A DNA stretch of 64,000 nt, from assembly GCF_018350175.1 (NCBI RefSeq), contig NC_058378.1:24180001-24244000 (forward strand). The letters are read 5' to 3'. The notes beneath the pieces are model-generated. The model was not told where the DNA came from. It did not search any database and saw only the letters and a program-made list of their open reading frames with translations. The position numbers were made by a program, and so were the translations under genes. Positions 1 through 12,147 of this stretch are shown piece by piece; within the stretch, counting starts at the first letter, position 1, and every line of letters starts with the position of its first letter. Source of the DNA: Felis catus (lineage: Eukaryota).

Positions 1-224
1 AATATAGAAATGTATAAAGGAGAAAATGAAAGCATTTAGAGCCCATGAACTGGAGCTGAGATAGGTAAATGTATATAGGTCACATACAAAATGCAAAATA
101 TTACATATTATATGTAAATACTGATCTCTAAATCTCATCTATACACATATAGTTTATTTAAAATATGCACATTTGGTAAAATAAAATCTAACTTACAGGA
201 GGATAACAAATAAAAAATAATCAG

Positions 225-490
225 TGAGTGCTTACCAAGTGCTAGGTACTCTTAGAAGGACAACATATATAATAGCTTATTATATATTTAGTTTAACTCT
301 CACAATTACGCTGTAAGGTATGTCTGGGTTTGTTGTTGTTTTTTTTTTTTTTTTTTTGGCACTTACAAGTAACAGAATTAACTTATAGAAAGTTCAGTAA
401 CTTGCCCAGGGTTCTATAATCAGTAACTTCCCCAAGTGTCAGAGCTGGGATTTGAATCCAAGCAGTTTATGTCCAGGGCCTGTAACCTTA
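225..490 (-). mobile_element. MIR SINE fragment, interrupted by a T-run
   Basis: Degenerate MIR-like motifs (aagttcagtaacttgcccagg, agagctgggatttgaatccaagcag). Recall of consensus; boundaries approximate. Confidence 0.6.
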
Positions 491-579
491 AAAGCCCTGT
501 GGTACAGTAATGAGTCATAGAGCTAAACTTATGTTGTTTGACTGATTGATTTTACACAGTGACATGTGACATTCTACTG

Positions 580-772
580 TAGCATTGTCCACCTGAACTT
601 TCTGCAATGATAAAAATATTCTATTCTGTACTGTCCAATAGGTAACCACCAGATATGCGTAGTGGCCGGAAATGCCACTACTTTTATGAGGAACTGAATT
701 CTACATTTCATTTAATTTTAATTAACTGTGAATAGCCACTGTGGCTAGTAGCTTGTTCATTGGGCAGCACGG
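580..772. mobile_element. MER3-like hAT-Charlie MITE
   Basis: Matches recalled MER3 pattern: ctgtccaatag...gaggaactgaatt...tttaattttaattaa...atagccactgtggctagt...ttgggcagcac, with degenerate terminal inverted repeats. Confidence 0.75.
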
Positions 773-889
773 ATCTATATAAGATTTAAAAAATGGGCAC
801 CCCATATCTTTTTCGCACTCTGACTAGCAGTCATGGATAACTACTTTTGTTTATTTCCGATTTTAGTCCCTTCCCATGCTCATCTCTCT

Positions 890-1079
890 CCTTTTTTACA
901 TGTTTATTTTGAGAGAGAGAGAAAGAGAGATAATGAGTGGGGAAGAGACAGAGAGACAGGGAGAGAATCCCAAGCAGGCTCCACACTGTCAGCGAGGAAC
1001 CTGAAGTGGGGCTTGATCTCATGAACTGAGCAAAAATCAAGGTTTGGGCATTTAACAGACTGAGCCACCCAGGTACCCC
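890..1079 (-). mobile_element. Can-SINE (older SINEC)
   Basis: T-rich tail, (GA)n tract and ...gagccacccaggtacccc end; imperfect TSD cccatgct(c/t)atctct on both sides. Confidence 0.9.
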
Positions 1080-1594
1080 TCCCATGCTTATCTCTTTTAA
1101 GTCCACAAAATACACCTCTGTTTATATTTTTTGAATTAAACATTGAATTGACTATACCATGCAAGATGAGGACTTTGTTTGTGGGCCCCTCCTGCACATC
1201 CTTCTCTCCTCCTAACTTTTGTTAATTATTTTAGTTTTTCCACTGTTTATCTATATGCTTTGGTATCAGATAAGAGTCTTCTGATTGCAAGTGGGGAAAA
1301 AAGCCAAATAAATCTGATTTTAATAATGAAGGGGGATTTATGGGTTCATATAAACTCTAAGATTAGAGGTTGAACTGACATTATGAAGGCTGAATTCAGA
1401 GCTCAAACAATGTGAGTAGGACTTGATTCCAGCTTAGTTCTCCCTGGCCTGTAAGCTTCATTTTTGAATCCTATGTGGTGGCCACACCTGCAAGGGCTGT
1501 AGCTTCATAACTTCTTAGATTCTAGACTAGCAGGAAAGAATTCATGTGCCTTTACTGTTGTGATATTTAACAGTGGCCAAAATAATGCTGAGCG

Positions 1595-1598
<4 letters not shown>

Positions 1599-1634
<36 letters not shown>
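1599..1634. repeat. (CA)18 microsatellite
   Basis: Seen directly. Confidence 0.95.
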
Positions 1635-1638
<4 letters not shown>

Positions 1639-2007
1639 CTCTGTGTTGTACAACATAGCATTTCTTTAACTCATGTATCTGTGGGTTGGCTGAGATCAGG
1701 TGGGCCCAGGTTGGCTGGACTTGGCTGAGAGGTTTCTGCTAATCTTGGGTGAAACTGCTCATAGCTCTGGGCTGGGATAGCTCAGGGATGCTCCGTGTAT
1801 CTCTCATGTTTTTCCTGGGACAGGTGACCTACACCAAGCATGCCCTCATGGTGATGACAGAAGCCCAGGAGCACAAGACCAGATACATAACTACATCCCA
1901 TTAGCTAAACAAAGTCACATGACCTCACCCCAAATCAATAGAATGGGGACATACACTCTTCCCATAGAAGTGAGAAGGAAGGTGTGAATATTTAAAAGCA
2001 GATGCAC

Positions 2008-2234
2008 GGGGCGCCTGGGTGGCGCAGTCGGTTAAGCGTCCGACTTCAGCCAGGTCACGATCTCGCGGTCCGGGAGTTCGAGCCCCACGTCGGGCTCTGG
2101 GCTGATGGCTCAGAGCCTGGAGCCTGTTTCCGATTCTGTGTCTCCCTCTCTCTCTGCCCCTCCCCCGTTCATGCTCTGTCTCTCTGTGTCCCAAAAATAA
2201 ATAAATGTTGAAAAAAAAAATTAAAATAAATAAA
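2008..2234 (+). mobile_element. Young feline SINEC_Fc with 15-bp TSD
   Basis: ggggcgcctgggtggcgcagtcggttaagcgtccgact..., (CT)n, A-tail; TSD taaaagcagatgcac at 1993-2007 and 2235-2249; CpGs intact. Confidence 0.97.
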
Positions 2235-2884
2235 TAAAAGCAGATGCACTTAGCTTGCTCATTTTAATACTAGTGATGGTGGCCAAGGGTGTGGATCATA
2301 GACTTTGGTCTAAGTCTAGGTCTCTATTCCATCCTGGGGGTAGAGGTTACATTCAGATTCACCCAAAACATGTGGACTAAGAGTGGAAGAAGAATGGCTA
2401 CCTCAAACCAAGATCACAGTTCTATTGGCCACAGGAAGAGGAAATGGATGGCAGACCACAACGATTATAACTTTAAACAATATTATAAACTCTGTTTCTT
2501 GAGCCTTTGGTTTTAGATATTATCACTTGACATCATACTCATGAGTTTGCTTTAAGCCCACATCTCCCACTTCTATCACCTTGATTGTACAAGGTATTTG
2601 TTTCTATTTATGGAGGAAAGACTCAGTAATTAATAAAGGTGGCTGGGTGTGGGTAGTGAAGTTCTCTGCCACTGGCTAGGCATGTTTCCTCCAACTGCAT
2701 ATCTCTAAAAGTGGAGACTGACTGTGCACATGGCTGGTGGTGTCAACTGACAAACTTTCCTTTAGGGGTGTTAGCATAAGAATTGTACAAATGGTGTTCT
2801 TTTGCCTCTCAAACCACCAAAAACAGAGGGCTTCCCTGTGGAACACAAAATCCTGCAAAGAGTCTTAGTTTTGCCCAGGTAGCA

Positions 2885-3012
2885 NNNNNNNNNNNNNNNN
2901 NNNNNNNNNNNNNNNNNNNNNNNNNNNNNNNNNNNNNNNNNNNNNNNNNNNNNNNNNNNNNNNNNNNNNNNNNNNNNNNNNNNNNNNNNNNNNNNNNNNN
3001 NNNNNNNNNNNN
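2885..3012. other. N block 1 (128 nt)
   Basis: Run of N; overlaps the tail of the adjacent SINE. Confidence 0.99.
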
Positions 3013-3172
3013 AACTGGGGAGGGCAGAGACAGAGGGAGAGAGAGAATCCCAAGCAGGCTCCAAAACTCAGCACCAAGCCTGACACAGGGCCAGACCTCA
3101 TGACCTTGAGACTGAGACCTGAGCCAAAATCAAGAGTCAGACACCTAAGTGACCAAGCCACCCAGGCACCCC
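3013..3172 (-). mobile_element. Can-SINE, tail hidden by N block
   Basis: gggcagagacagagggagagagagaatcccaagcaggctcc...gccacccaggcacccc. Confidence 0.9.
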
Positions 3173-3655
3173 AGCAATCTTATTTTCTTAATAGAGGAGA
3201 TCCAAGGGAGTGGATGAAGATTCCGGATCTTCTCTTGCCAGCCTATTTGCATACATGGAAAAGGTGAAAAAGAATGAGAAAGGCCACATGGTACAGCTGC
3301 TCTCTGAGCAACCTTGATTTGGGCTCTTTTTCCAATCCTGAGCTCTGAATGTATTGATGCCCAGTGTGGAGATTTCCCAAGGCTTCTTTGGAAAGAATAT
3401 TTCTATCCTTTCTACAGACCTCTCCTGAGTAAATCTGGGATGCTGCTTCCTCTGTTCTGCTTCATCCATCAGTCCTATTCACTTCCTTTCCATCTTACAG
3501 AAAATTATCAAATCTCTGCTGACAGTCCTCTTTTTATCTTTAGCATGGTTATCAATTTGTTCCCTTTGCTGATTCTTCAGCAAAATTTTGAAAGAGTATA
3601 GATAAATGCATGTGCTAGTCTTGAACATACACACATATATACATATATAATATTG

Positions 3656-3691
<36 letters not shown>
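3656..3691. repeat. (TAGA)9 tetranucleotide microsatellite
   Basis: Seen directly. Confidence 0.95.
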
Positions 3692-6385
3692 ATTTTTAAA
3701 ACAAAATTGTACCTTGCCAATTTTGCCACTGGCTTAATTGGATACTGTTCTGTGAGAGTCTTAAAAGTTGTTTGTCAAAGTCACCCTGGGAAACTAGGAA
3801 CTTCCTTTTGCTTTTTTTTTTCTTTTAAATAAAATTAATTGGGTTTTTGCTTGTTTGTTTTGCTACCCTAATGAATAAACGATTCGGGTTTCAACTTCAA
3901 GGATAATATATATCTATTACACAGAAATCAGATTAAGTTGGCGTTTAAAAGCAGGAGGAGGTGCATATGAAAATCAATTGATTCTAACCTCTGGAGGTTA
4001 AAGGGTTGTTGTTATTGTTTGTTTTTAATGCTAAACAATTCTAAGCCATGCCTTATCAAACTAGAGCTTTCACTTCAAGTCCTGAGGGTAGTTGGTAAGA
4101 GAGAATTACAAGGAACCTGGAATAAGAGTGGGTAAATGACCCATGAAGGAAATGACTGTCTTATGTTGCATCTAAAATCTAGCAAATATCTATTACTAGG
4201 ACTATGTATAAATTTACTGTATGCCAATAATATTCAGAATATCTAGGTCTACTGAGGATGGCTAAAACACATATAGGTTAAGAGGTAGGGCTTCTGTCTG
4301 GTGGGCTTCAGACTGAAGAGAGATGCACATCATTAAGATAGACACTTTCCAGGAGAAAATGATGACTCACACGGGGATGACTTAAATGGCATCTGGTTTC
4401 CATTTTCTTTGTTTCTTCTCTTGGACTCCATTCAGAGGCACTTCCTTCCAGCTGGAGATTTTAATGGCATAATGTGAAGGCAAGATCCACAGAAGTGGGT
4501 TTAGAGGAAGGACTTGAAGGAGAAAATGCAGATCGTCAGGGGAGACTATGGAAAATTACACCCAGATGGGAGGTAACAGAATGTACACACATTCAGACTA
4601 AAATGTACCAATTAAAATATTTAGGGAAATGCAAAGAAGTATATGATTTTTAATATGGAATAACAAAAATATGAACTGAATAAAAAGTCAAAGTGATATA
4701 GTCCTGATTGTAATTAACAGCACATTAATGCAATTTCTGTTTCCAGCCTGGGAAAATATGTCGGCTCTCTTTATTTAAATGAATGTAGCATAGCACTGCT
4801 TGTGGTTTTGCTATGATCAATTCATTCTACACACTAGCTCCATTCATCATGGTGATACCCTTCTTCCCTTCTTCCCATTTCATAGCTGGAGAAGCACTAT
4901 TGAACCTTGCCTACTGTTCCAAAATGATCTGGGATGGAGGTAGAGCCACCATCTAGGTAGAGGGATTGGATCTTGTTATAATAACCGGCAACCCATCAGA
5001 GCCCATAAGAGACTGGAGGGGTGGAGCAAGCAATTGGTTTCCGTATGTAAGTGCTCATTCTCATGTTCTCCTCCTCTCAATCCATCAGCAGCAAGAAGGA
5101 AGTCCATTTCTCTTTTAAAAATAAAAATCCGTTACATTCTGCACCATTATTTTTATATTACATTTCATTCATTTTACATTACATTTTTTACATTTACATT
5201 TTAAGCAAATATCATCTCATATGTGTCATCTGCTCTTGGTCTTGTCCTCATCCCTGTACCCAAACAGCCCTTGGGAGAGGCCATATCAATTGAGGTAGGA
5301 GGTAACAGCATTAGAGTCTGTGACAATGGTTCTGTTCTAGATACCATGGTGGGCAGAGCTGATGCAAACTGAGAACAAGTCAAAGAATAATTATTGGGCA
5401 CTTTATGAAGACATGACACTGTCCAAGTGTCTGTAGAGATATGGCTTAATGAGTAAAAGTAATATACAAAACAGTAATATACAAAATGGTAGTATGATGT
5501 AGATGGTCTTATGCTCTAAGATAGGTATAAATAACACTAATAGGGATAATAGAGATTATTTTGATGGTGGGGTTGAAAGAAAGGAGTACAAATCAGAGAA
5601 TACTGGTCAAAGAGAAAATGGAATGTGTGGGGAGGATTCTTTGCCTCATTGGTTTAGATAAATCCAGAGTCAGTGCTGTCTTTCTATGTAGGCCAGGGGT
5701 CTATGAACACGGATGCCAAAAGGGCCAAGCAGGCACCATAAATATGTGAATCCAGCCAGGTGCAAGGCAGTTGGGAATGGTAGAACTTGTAATAAACTGA
5801 GGACATGCCCCACCAAAAGTCTTCCTATTTCATATTAAAAATTCAAAGTCAAACAATTCAAGTCATTGCCTGCAAATCTTCTCTGTCATCCAAAGCTTAT
5901 GCCTCTAAGCTTAGACCCTACTATCTCCTCCACCCCAGAGAGAGACCCAAGTTTTCCTCCAATGACACAATCTCATCTGCATAACAGATTCTTCTAGAGC
6001 TGACTCTTCAGGACTATGCTATAGGCCTCAAGACAAATATACTTTTGCACTGTGGAAGGTCAGATTCTTTAAAAGTCAGTCAGTGTCTCCACAGGGCATC
6101 CTCTCACGTGCGGGCCACAAACCGAACAGTAGAAGAGCTGGCAGAGTTAGCCGAGTCTGTCACTGCTCCAGGGGTGTTTCTGGAATTTGAGGGCTACCAC
6201 AGGCAGAGGAGAAAGAGGAAAGCCACTGTTTCACATGTTGGACTCCTGAGTAAGATCTTGCCTGAAGAAAGATATTCTTTGGATACCTTTGGATATTTTT
6301 GCAATGCACATGAGCAAACTCCATCCACCTCTTCAGAGAAGGACTTAGCTGGGATGCCCTGACTTGCTTTTCCTTCCAACGTTCC

Positions 6386-7130
6386 TGTGAGGGGAAAACT
6401 CTTCTGTTCTCCTTTACTCACTACACTCAACTCCAAGCACTTCACTTCTGGTCACCATATATGTAGGCATTTTCCTCACACTAAACAGTTCTCCATTCCT
6501 GGCAGAGACTGACCAGGTGACTTACAAATTTAACTCAATTCTGACACTATCTACCTGGAGAGAGCATGAGATCCTATTGGTTAAGGGCTCAGTCCCACAA
6601 GTGTGCCCTCACTTCAGATGCCAATCTCAAGTGCAGGTTGTCACCTGTATTTCTGACTGACCAGCTATAAATCAGGGTTCCCATGACCCCCTCCTCAAGT
6701 TTGATACTTTGCTGTGATTTAGAGAAACACTACTTGTGTTTACTGGTTTATTATAAAAGGCATAGCAAGATGCATAGCCCAAGGTATGGGGGACAGGGGC
6801 ATGGAGCTTCCAGGCCCTCTCCAACTGTTCCACTCCTTCCAGCACCCCTACGTGTTCACCAACCTGGAAGCTCATCAAATCTTGTTTAAGAATTTTCATA
6901 GATTAATCTCCAGGCCTTGACTCATTTGGTCTTTATTGTGACTAGCCTCATTGAGGCTATCTAGGGGGCCCCCACCTCATGTCACCTCATTAGCAGAAAC
7001 TAAAGTGTGTGATATAGGGTGTATATGAATAACAAAAGACACTCAGATCACTTAGGAAGTCCCAAGCATTTTAAGAACTCTGGGCCCAGAACCAGGGACA
7101 AAGACCAAATATCTTTCTTATTATACCACA
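6386..7130. mobile_element. MER21-family (ERVL) solo LTR with 5-bp TSD
   Basis: TG...CA termini (tgtgagggg...ataccaca) flanked by GTTCC at 6381-6385 and 7131-7135; MER21-like core ctgacactatctacctggag...agggctcagtcccacaag...cacttcagatgcca. Confidence 0.85.
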
Positions 7131-7688
7131 GTTCCACTCAGAGAATTTCCCCTTTGGTACCCAGAGATTTATCCATGCCCACTGTACCCCATTCCAGTAA
7201 ATGCAGTGCCTGCCAAATAGGTGCTCAATAAAGATAGTTTCCTGAAATAAAGTCACATCAGCCCTGATTAAATTAGAAACTGGCTATAAAATTTCCCAGA
7301 ATTGAAGAAAGACACTCCTGGAGTTGAATAGTCTCTACAAGTACCAAACAGGATTAAAGAGAAAATAATAAATCCATTCATAGTAAAGCTACAGAACACA
7401 AAAGAAAAGGGGGAAACTTACAAAAATTAAATTAGAATGTAATCCCTGCATAAAATACCTGAATTCTCTCCTTTAATAAGCAAACCAATCAGTATCTATT
7501 AAGGTGTATTGATTCAGAGTGGTGCAAATTTTGCAGGCAAACAGGAATACTCTAGTATTCTCCACCATCTTCTTTTCACTACTCAGGATTTTAGACATTT
7601 GAAAATAGACTTCACGTTCCTTCTCTTACTGGTGGTAGAGTCTGCTCTGTGTGAATGGAGGTCTCTTTGGATTCCCCACCCGACGATT

Positions 7689-8276
7689 TGTAAGGGATCC
7701 GTGCTCAAATAAAGACAGCCAGAAGGAAAGCCACAAGCACAAAGCAGTTTATTAAAGCGAAGGTACACTCTCAAGGCGGTAGAGTGTGGAGTGCAGGTTC
7801 CAAGAAGTAGAACCCACCCAGGGCTGTTTGGGGTTGGCTATTATTGCCTAGCCCTGGTCTAGGAGGAGCTGTGACCTACAGTACAGTGGTCTCTAAAGGA
7901 GGCTGCCTCCAGTCCTTTGGGGGAGCTCCTCCCATAGGTACGGAGGAGGGGTTTTTGCTTCTTCAAGATTTGTATCAAAACCATCAAGGCAGCCTTTGTC
8001 CAAGGAGTGGGCTATTCCTGCAATGCAAATACACTGAAATAAATCTAGGGGTTACTCTGGGGCAGAGGTGGAAGAGGCTTCTCACCTGTGGCTCTTGATC
8101 GGTCAGCCCTGAGGTCAGGGAAGCCACAAAGTCAGGATGTTGTGCCCCGCCCCCCACTTCTAATCTGTAGTTTATTTATCAGGCCCTTGGCTCCAGCTTC
8201 TGTCTCTGTCATTTCCCTTCAAGGACTTGGATCTTTGCCTCAGGCCATTCCTTCCAATGCTCACGTCTACCTAACA
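7689..8276 (-). mobile_element. ERV-type solo LTR, probably carnivore-specific
   Basis: Minus strand runs TGTTAGGTAGA...CCCTTACA with AATAAA (plus tttatt about 7748) in a U5-like position; no clean TSD; family not assigned. Confidence 0.55.
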
Positions 8277-8941
8277 CACTCAGGGATTCTCAAACTCCAG
8301 TATACATAGGAATATTTTGTACAGGGTGGGACTGCCACCACCAATCAATATAAAAGGGACTTTGAGCCTATAATCTCCTCACCTGATACCCAGTTAGCTG
8401 TTATAGCCCCCACCTCCTCTCCTACACACACACACAGAGACACTCACACCCACCCACCCACACACTTGACTGGTGAATTCAATTGTGTTTGCTTTCCTTA
8501 TGTTTTACACTTTCTCTTCATTTCCAACGTGTAGTCAGGCTTGTTATATCTTGCTTAAGGCAAGAAAGGAGAAAGGCTGCTTTTGGAAGGGTGACTTAAG
8601 AAGGCTGGGGAGGGAGGCCACAGTGGGCTGTGGGGCTCTGCAGACACAATGTGGTTATACGGCACCCCTCGGAGAGGAAGATTGTGTGCCCAGAGGTGGG
8701 CTAGAGCCCTGGATCAGGTCTCCTCACTCACTACAGAACCTCACCCTACATGTGGCCTAGAAGCAGCAGCGGTGGAACCTGGCTGGGCCACATACACAGG
8801 GGATAATTGCTATCTCAACACTAAGTAGTGTAGACAGACAAAAAGTACTGGAGGAGTCTTCCCAGTGTCTCTACACTGCCTAAGACCAGACTTCTATAGA
8901 ATCTTGGTATCTGGGGTGTGGGAACAGTCCAAGCATGGCTG

Positions 8942-9081
8942 NNNNNNNNNNNNNNNNNNNNNNNNNNNNNNNNNNNNNNNNNNNNNNNNNNNNNNNNNNN
9001 NNNNNNNNNNNNNNNNNNNNNNNNNNNNNNNNNNNNNNNNNNNNNNNNNNNNNNNNNNNNNNNNNNNNNNNNNNNNNNNNN
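8942..9081. other. N block 2 (140 nt)
   Basis: Run of N in sequence with no recognised repeat. Confidence 0.99.
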
Positions 9082-9408
9082 AAGCCTTGCTGATGGGAAA
9101 GGATTCCCTGACAGCTCTCAGGGATCCAGCTCTGCCAGCTTGGGATGGGTATGCACCACAGGCTGAGCAAAGGAGTGAAAAAAGAGGTGCTCAGGCCATG
9201 AAAGAGGAGCCACCCCAGTTTCTGTCTTTCCAAGGCCTTTGTACATGTTGAGCCAGTGCCCTTTTCCATCTCTGCCAATGTTTGGGGGGAAAAAATAAAA
9301 ACGCATATATTCAAAAAAACAAATCAACAAACAACTTCACTCTAGCAAATCATTTTATTCGTTTCAAGATGAGTTCCTGCCTGCAAAGCTCTCAATGCCA
9401 GAATCTGT

Positions 9409-9866
9409 GGGCGTGGCAACCGCCTACTTCTCATCCCAGTCATGCTGCTTAGGGTTCGCCTTGAATGGCTAATTACTGGTCACCTCACCTTCTCGTCAAA
9501 GCCAAAAGATTATACTTAACGCACAACTTAAGCCGTCCCCTGGACCTCACTTGTTTGGACTGGCAATCACGTCTTCTGTTCACTTCCCCACTTACCTTAA
9601 GTTTTAGTAATTGCCCTCTGGGCTCAAAAGAGCATCCTACTAGGCCATTGAAATGTTGAACAGCCCCCTGACATGGGGAAATGTTTATCTGCCCTCAGAG
9701 AAAGAACTGGGACAAATATATGCGGCTTTGGTTCATGACAGGATGCAGATTTCTTATGAACAATTTCCTAACCTTCAGCTTAATAATAACTATAATCAAC
9801 TTGGCACATTGGGAGTTGGTGAGAAGTGTCGGTAGGCAGTAACTAGAAACTTCCAAGATGGTAAGT
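9409..9866. promoter_or_regulatory. Candidate promoter / first-exon region
   Basis: 10 CpG in about 465 bp, GC box GGGCGTGGC 9409-9417, TATAAT 9791-9796, X-box-like GTAACTAGAAAC 9839-9850, AAGATG|GTAAGT 9855-9866, and a minus-strand AAG|GTAAGT donor at 9590-9598. Confidence 0.3.
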
Positions 9867-10479
9867 CAGTCGGAATGGAGATCTTTCACACAATGTAAAT
9901 ATAATGCCCAGTGTTCCTTTGGGCTTTGCAAAATGCAGGAATACTTTCTCTATCTATCTTTGCAGGAGCAAGGAAGATAAAGCCCTTTGTCTAGCTCTTT
10001 AGCAATTCTTCCTGCTGTGGGATTCCCAGAAGGGGAATCCCTTGCTCAGCCTTGGACAAACCTTTCCGAGATGCATATGGATAATTTACTACCAACAGCT
10101 CTTCTTCCAACAGATGGGGGACTCAAACTGTGTGCATTTTGGGGCCCCTTCAATACCCTGACTCCAACAAGATGCAGATGGAGTCATCAAAGAGAAACCA
10201 GGCACACTTTATCAGGAAAAACAAAAGTCTCTGAACTCAAATAGCCCTAATATTAAACTTTAACCCCAGCTGAGACAAGTGCCTTAAGAGAAAAATATAC
10301 ATCTGAGCTTCTCCTGTAGGATAAGAATTACAATGCCCTTTGGACTTACTGTGTTCTTTTCTGCTTTCAGCCCTTACACACATCATTTCATCTGCCTGCA
10401 GTAGCCAATTCTTATTCATGCTTAATATCTCATTGCAAACATGATTGTCTAAAAAAAACTTTCCTGACATGATCTCCAT

Positions 10480-10710
10480 ATTCTGTAAGGCCTCATTACA
10501 TGATCTCCCACTCAAAGCACTGTCCTACTCCTTCACAACACATAAGAGGATCATAATGAAATCACTTTCTGTGTAATCTGTCTCCACCACTGGAATATAA
10601 GCTCCATGGGGGTAAGAAGTATTTATCTGGCTTACAGTGGCATCCCAAGCTCCTTGTACACAGCCTAACTCACAGCAGCTGTTCAATAAATAGTTGTTGA
10701 ATGAATGGAT
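10480..10710 (+). mobile_element. L2 3' end
   Basis: tataagctccatggggg...caataaatagttgttgaatgaatggatgg, typical L2 terminus. Confidence 0.7.
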
Positions 10711-11235
10711 GGTTGATCTGTCTCCTGGCGTTGGTGGAAGGACTGTGTGGTAATGCCTCTAACAGAGTCTGCACTCAGAAGCGGTGAAATCAATCCATTT
10801 TAGCTTTATTTCTCCCTTCTCTGTTCCACTGGTGTTTGACAGGTACATTCATTTTTTTCTACTTTCTTCTGCAAACTCCAGATTCGTCATGTCCTGCTGA
10901 AGAATGATAATTTTACAGCTGACGAGTAGAAGGATCACTATCTTATGAACCCTTGTGCTAGAGACATGACAGCTGAAGTCGTTAATTGTCAGGTCACAAT
11001 CTATTTGGTGACGTGTTCAGCACAGGGTGTCAATCTTCTGCTTCTTAGTCCATAGTTCTAGTCTCCCTATCACATTCGGTATATATCATATTTTACTTTC
11101 TTCCTTAGTCTTCAACCTTTAATCAAGCTCTTTCAGCAGCATTCAATAAGTCATCCAAGTGGCAATCTGACAGAGGCCTGGCCTGGCTGATGCTTTTCAC
11201 AAGAAAAAAAGAAAAACCTTGTTAAATTGAGCATA

Positions 11236-11420
11236 GGGGCATCTGGGTGGTTCAGTTGGTTAAGCATCCGGCTCAATTTTGGCTCAGGGCATGATCTCAC
11301 AATCATGAGATTGAGCCCCACATTGGGACTGTGCACTGGGCATGGAGGCTGCTTAAGAGTCACTCTCTCTCTTCCCCTCTGCCTGTCCCTTGATTGTGTG
11401 CACACTCTCTGGAAAAAAAG
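11236..11420 (+). mobile_element. Can-SINE (older, short type)
   Basis: ggggcatctgggtggttcagttggttaagcatccg...tgagccccacattggg, CT tract, short A-tail. Confidence 0.85.
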
Positions 11421-11627
11421 AGCATTTACTAACCATTTGCTGCAAGTAAAATAAAGAAATTTGCTTCAAATCTAAAAAAAAAATGTGGAATTCATTTACC
11501 ACAGGTAAGGCACCTATATTGAAAAAGGAGATATGTTTTTATGTTTTATTTTCCAAATCCAATGAGAAGTTTAGTGTTTTCTTCTTTTGTTCTATGATTC
11601 ATCACAATTTGACCATAGCATTTTTTT

Positions 11628-11676
11628 CTTCTTTTTTCTTTTTTTTTACATTAAATATAATTTATTGTCAGATTGG
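11628..11676 (-). mobile_element. Ultra-short feline L1 3' stub (about 49 bp) with 19-bp TSD
   Basis: aaatataatttattgtcagattggtt matches the L1 3' end seen at about 43446-43475; TSD ttgaccatagcattttttt at 11609-11627 and 11677-11695. Confidence 0.8.
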
Positions 11677-11695
11677 TTGACCATAGCATTTTTTT

Positions 11696-12147
11696 AATTT
11701 TTATTTTTTAACGTTTATTTATTTTTTTTTTTAATTTTTTTTTCAACGTTTATTTATTTTTGGAACAGAGAGAGACAGAGCATGAACGGGGGAGGGGCAG
11801 AGAGAGAGGGAGACACAGAATCGGAAACAGGCTCCAGGCTCTGAGCCATCAGCCCAGAGCCCGACGCAGGGCTCGAACTCACGGACCGCGAGATCGTGAC
11901 CTGGCTGAAGTCGGACACTTAACGACTGCGCCACCCAGGTGCCCCACGTTTATTTATTTTTGAGACAGAGAGAGACAGAGCATGAACAGGGGAGGGTCAG
12001 AGAGAGAGGGAGACACAGAATCTGAAACAGGCTCCAGGCTCTGAGCTGTCAGCACAGAGCCCAACACGGGGCTTGAACTCATGGACCACGAGATCATGAC
12101 CTGAGCCGAAGTCGGACGCTCAACCAACTGAGCCACCCAGGCGCCCC
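11696..12147 (-). mobile_element. SINEC (outer element), interrupted by a younger SINE
   Basis: TSD gaccatagcattttt at 11679-11693 and 12148-12162; body at 11946-12147. Confidence 0.92.
11727..11945 (-). mobile_element. Young SINEC_Fc nested in the tail of another SINE
   Basis: 16-bp TSD acgtttatttattttt at 11711-11726 and 11946-11961. Confidence 0.95.

Larger units (their letters stand above)
1263..2460 (-). mobile_element. Nested MaLR LTRs: MLT1K/L-like LTR interrupted by an MLT1G/H-like LTR (about 1553-2000) and a SINE
   Basis: gtatcagataag...gattgcaagt start; MLT1H-like middle (cccattagctaaacaaagtcacatgacc); MLT1L-like end resumes about 2270-2460. Subfamily from recall. Confidence 0.55.

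Noticed and set aside
5458-5487. 15-bp tandem duplication agtaatatacaaaa(c/t)
   Set aside because: Ordinary slippage duplication.
10890-10940. Acceptor ctccag| followed by IRHVLLKNDNFTADE
   Set aside because: All three frames stop within about 50 nt and I saw no matching donor.
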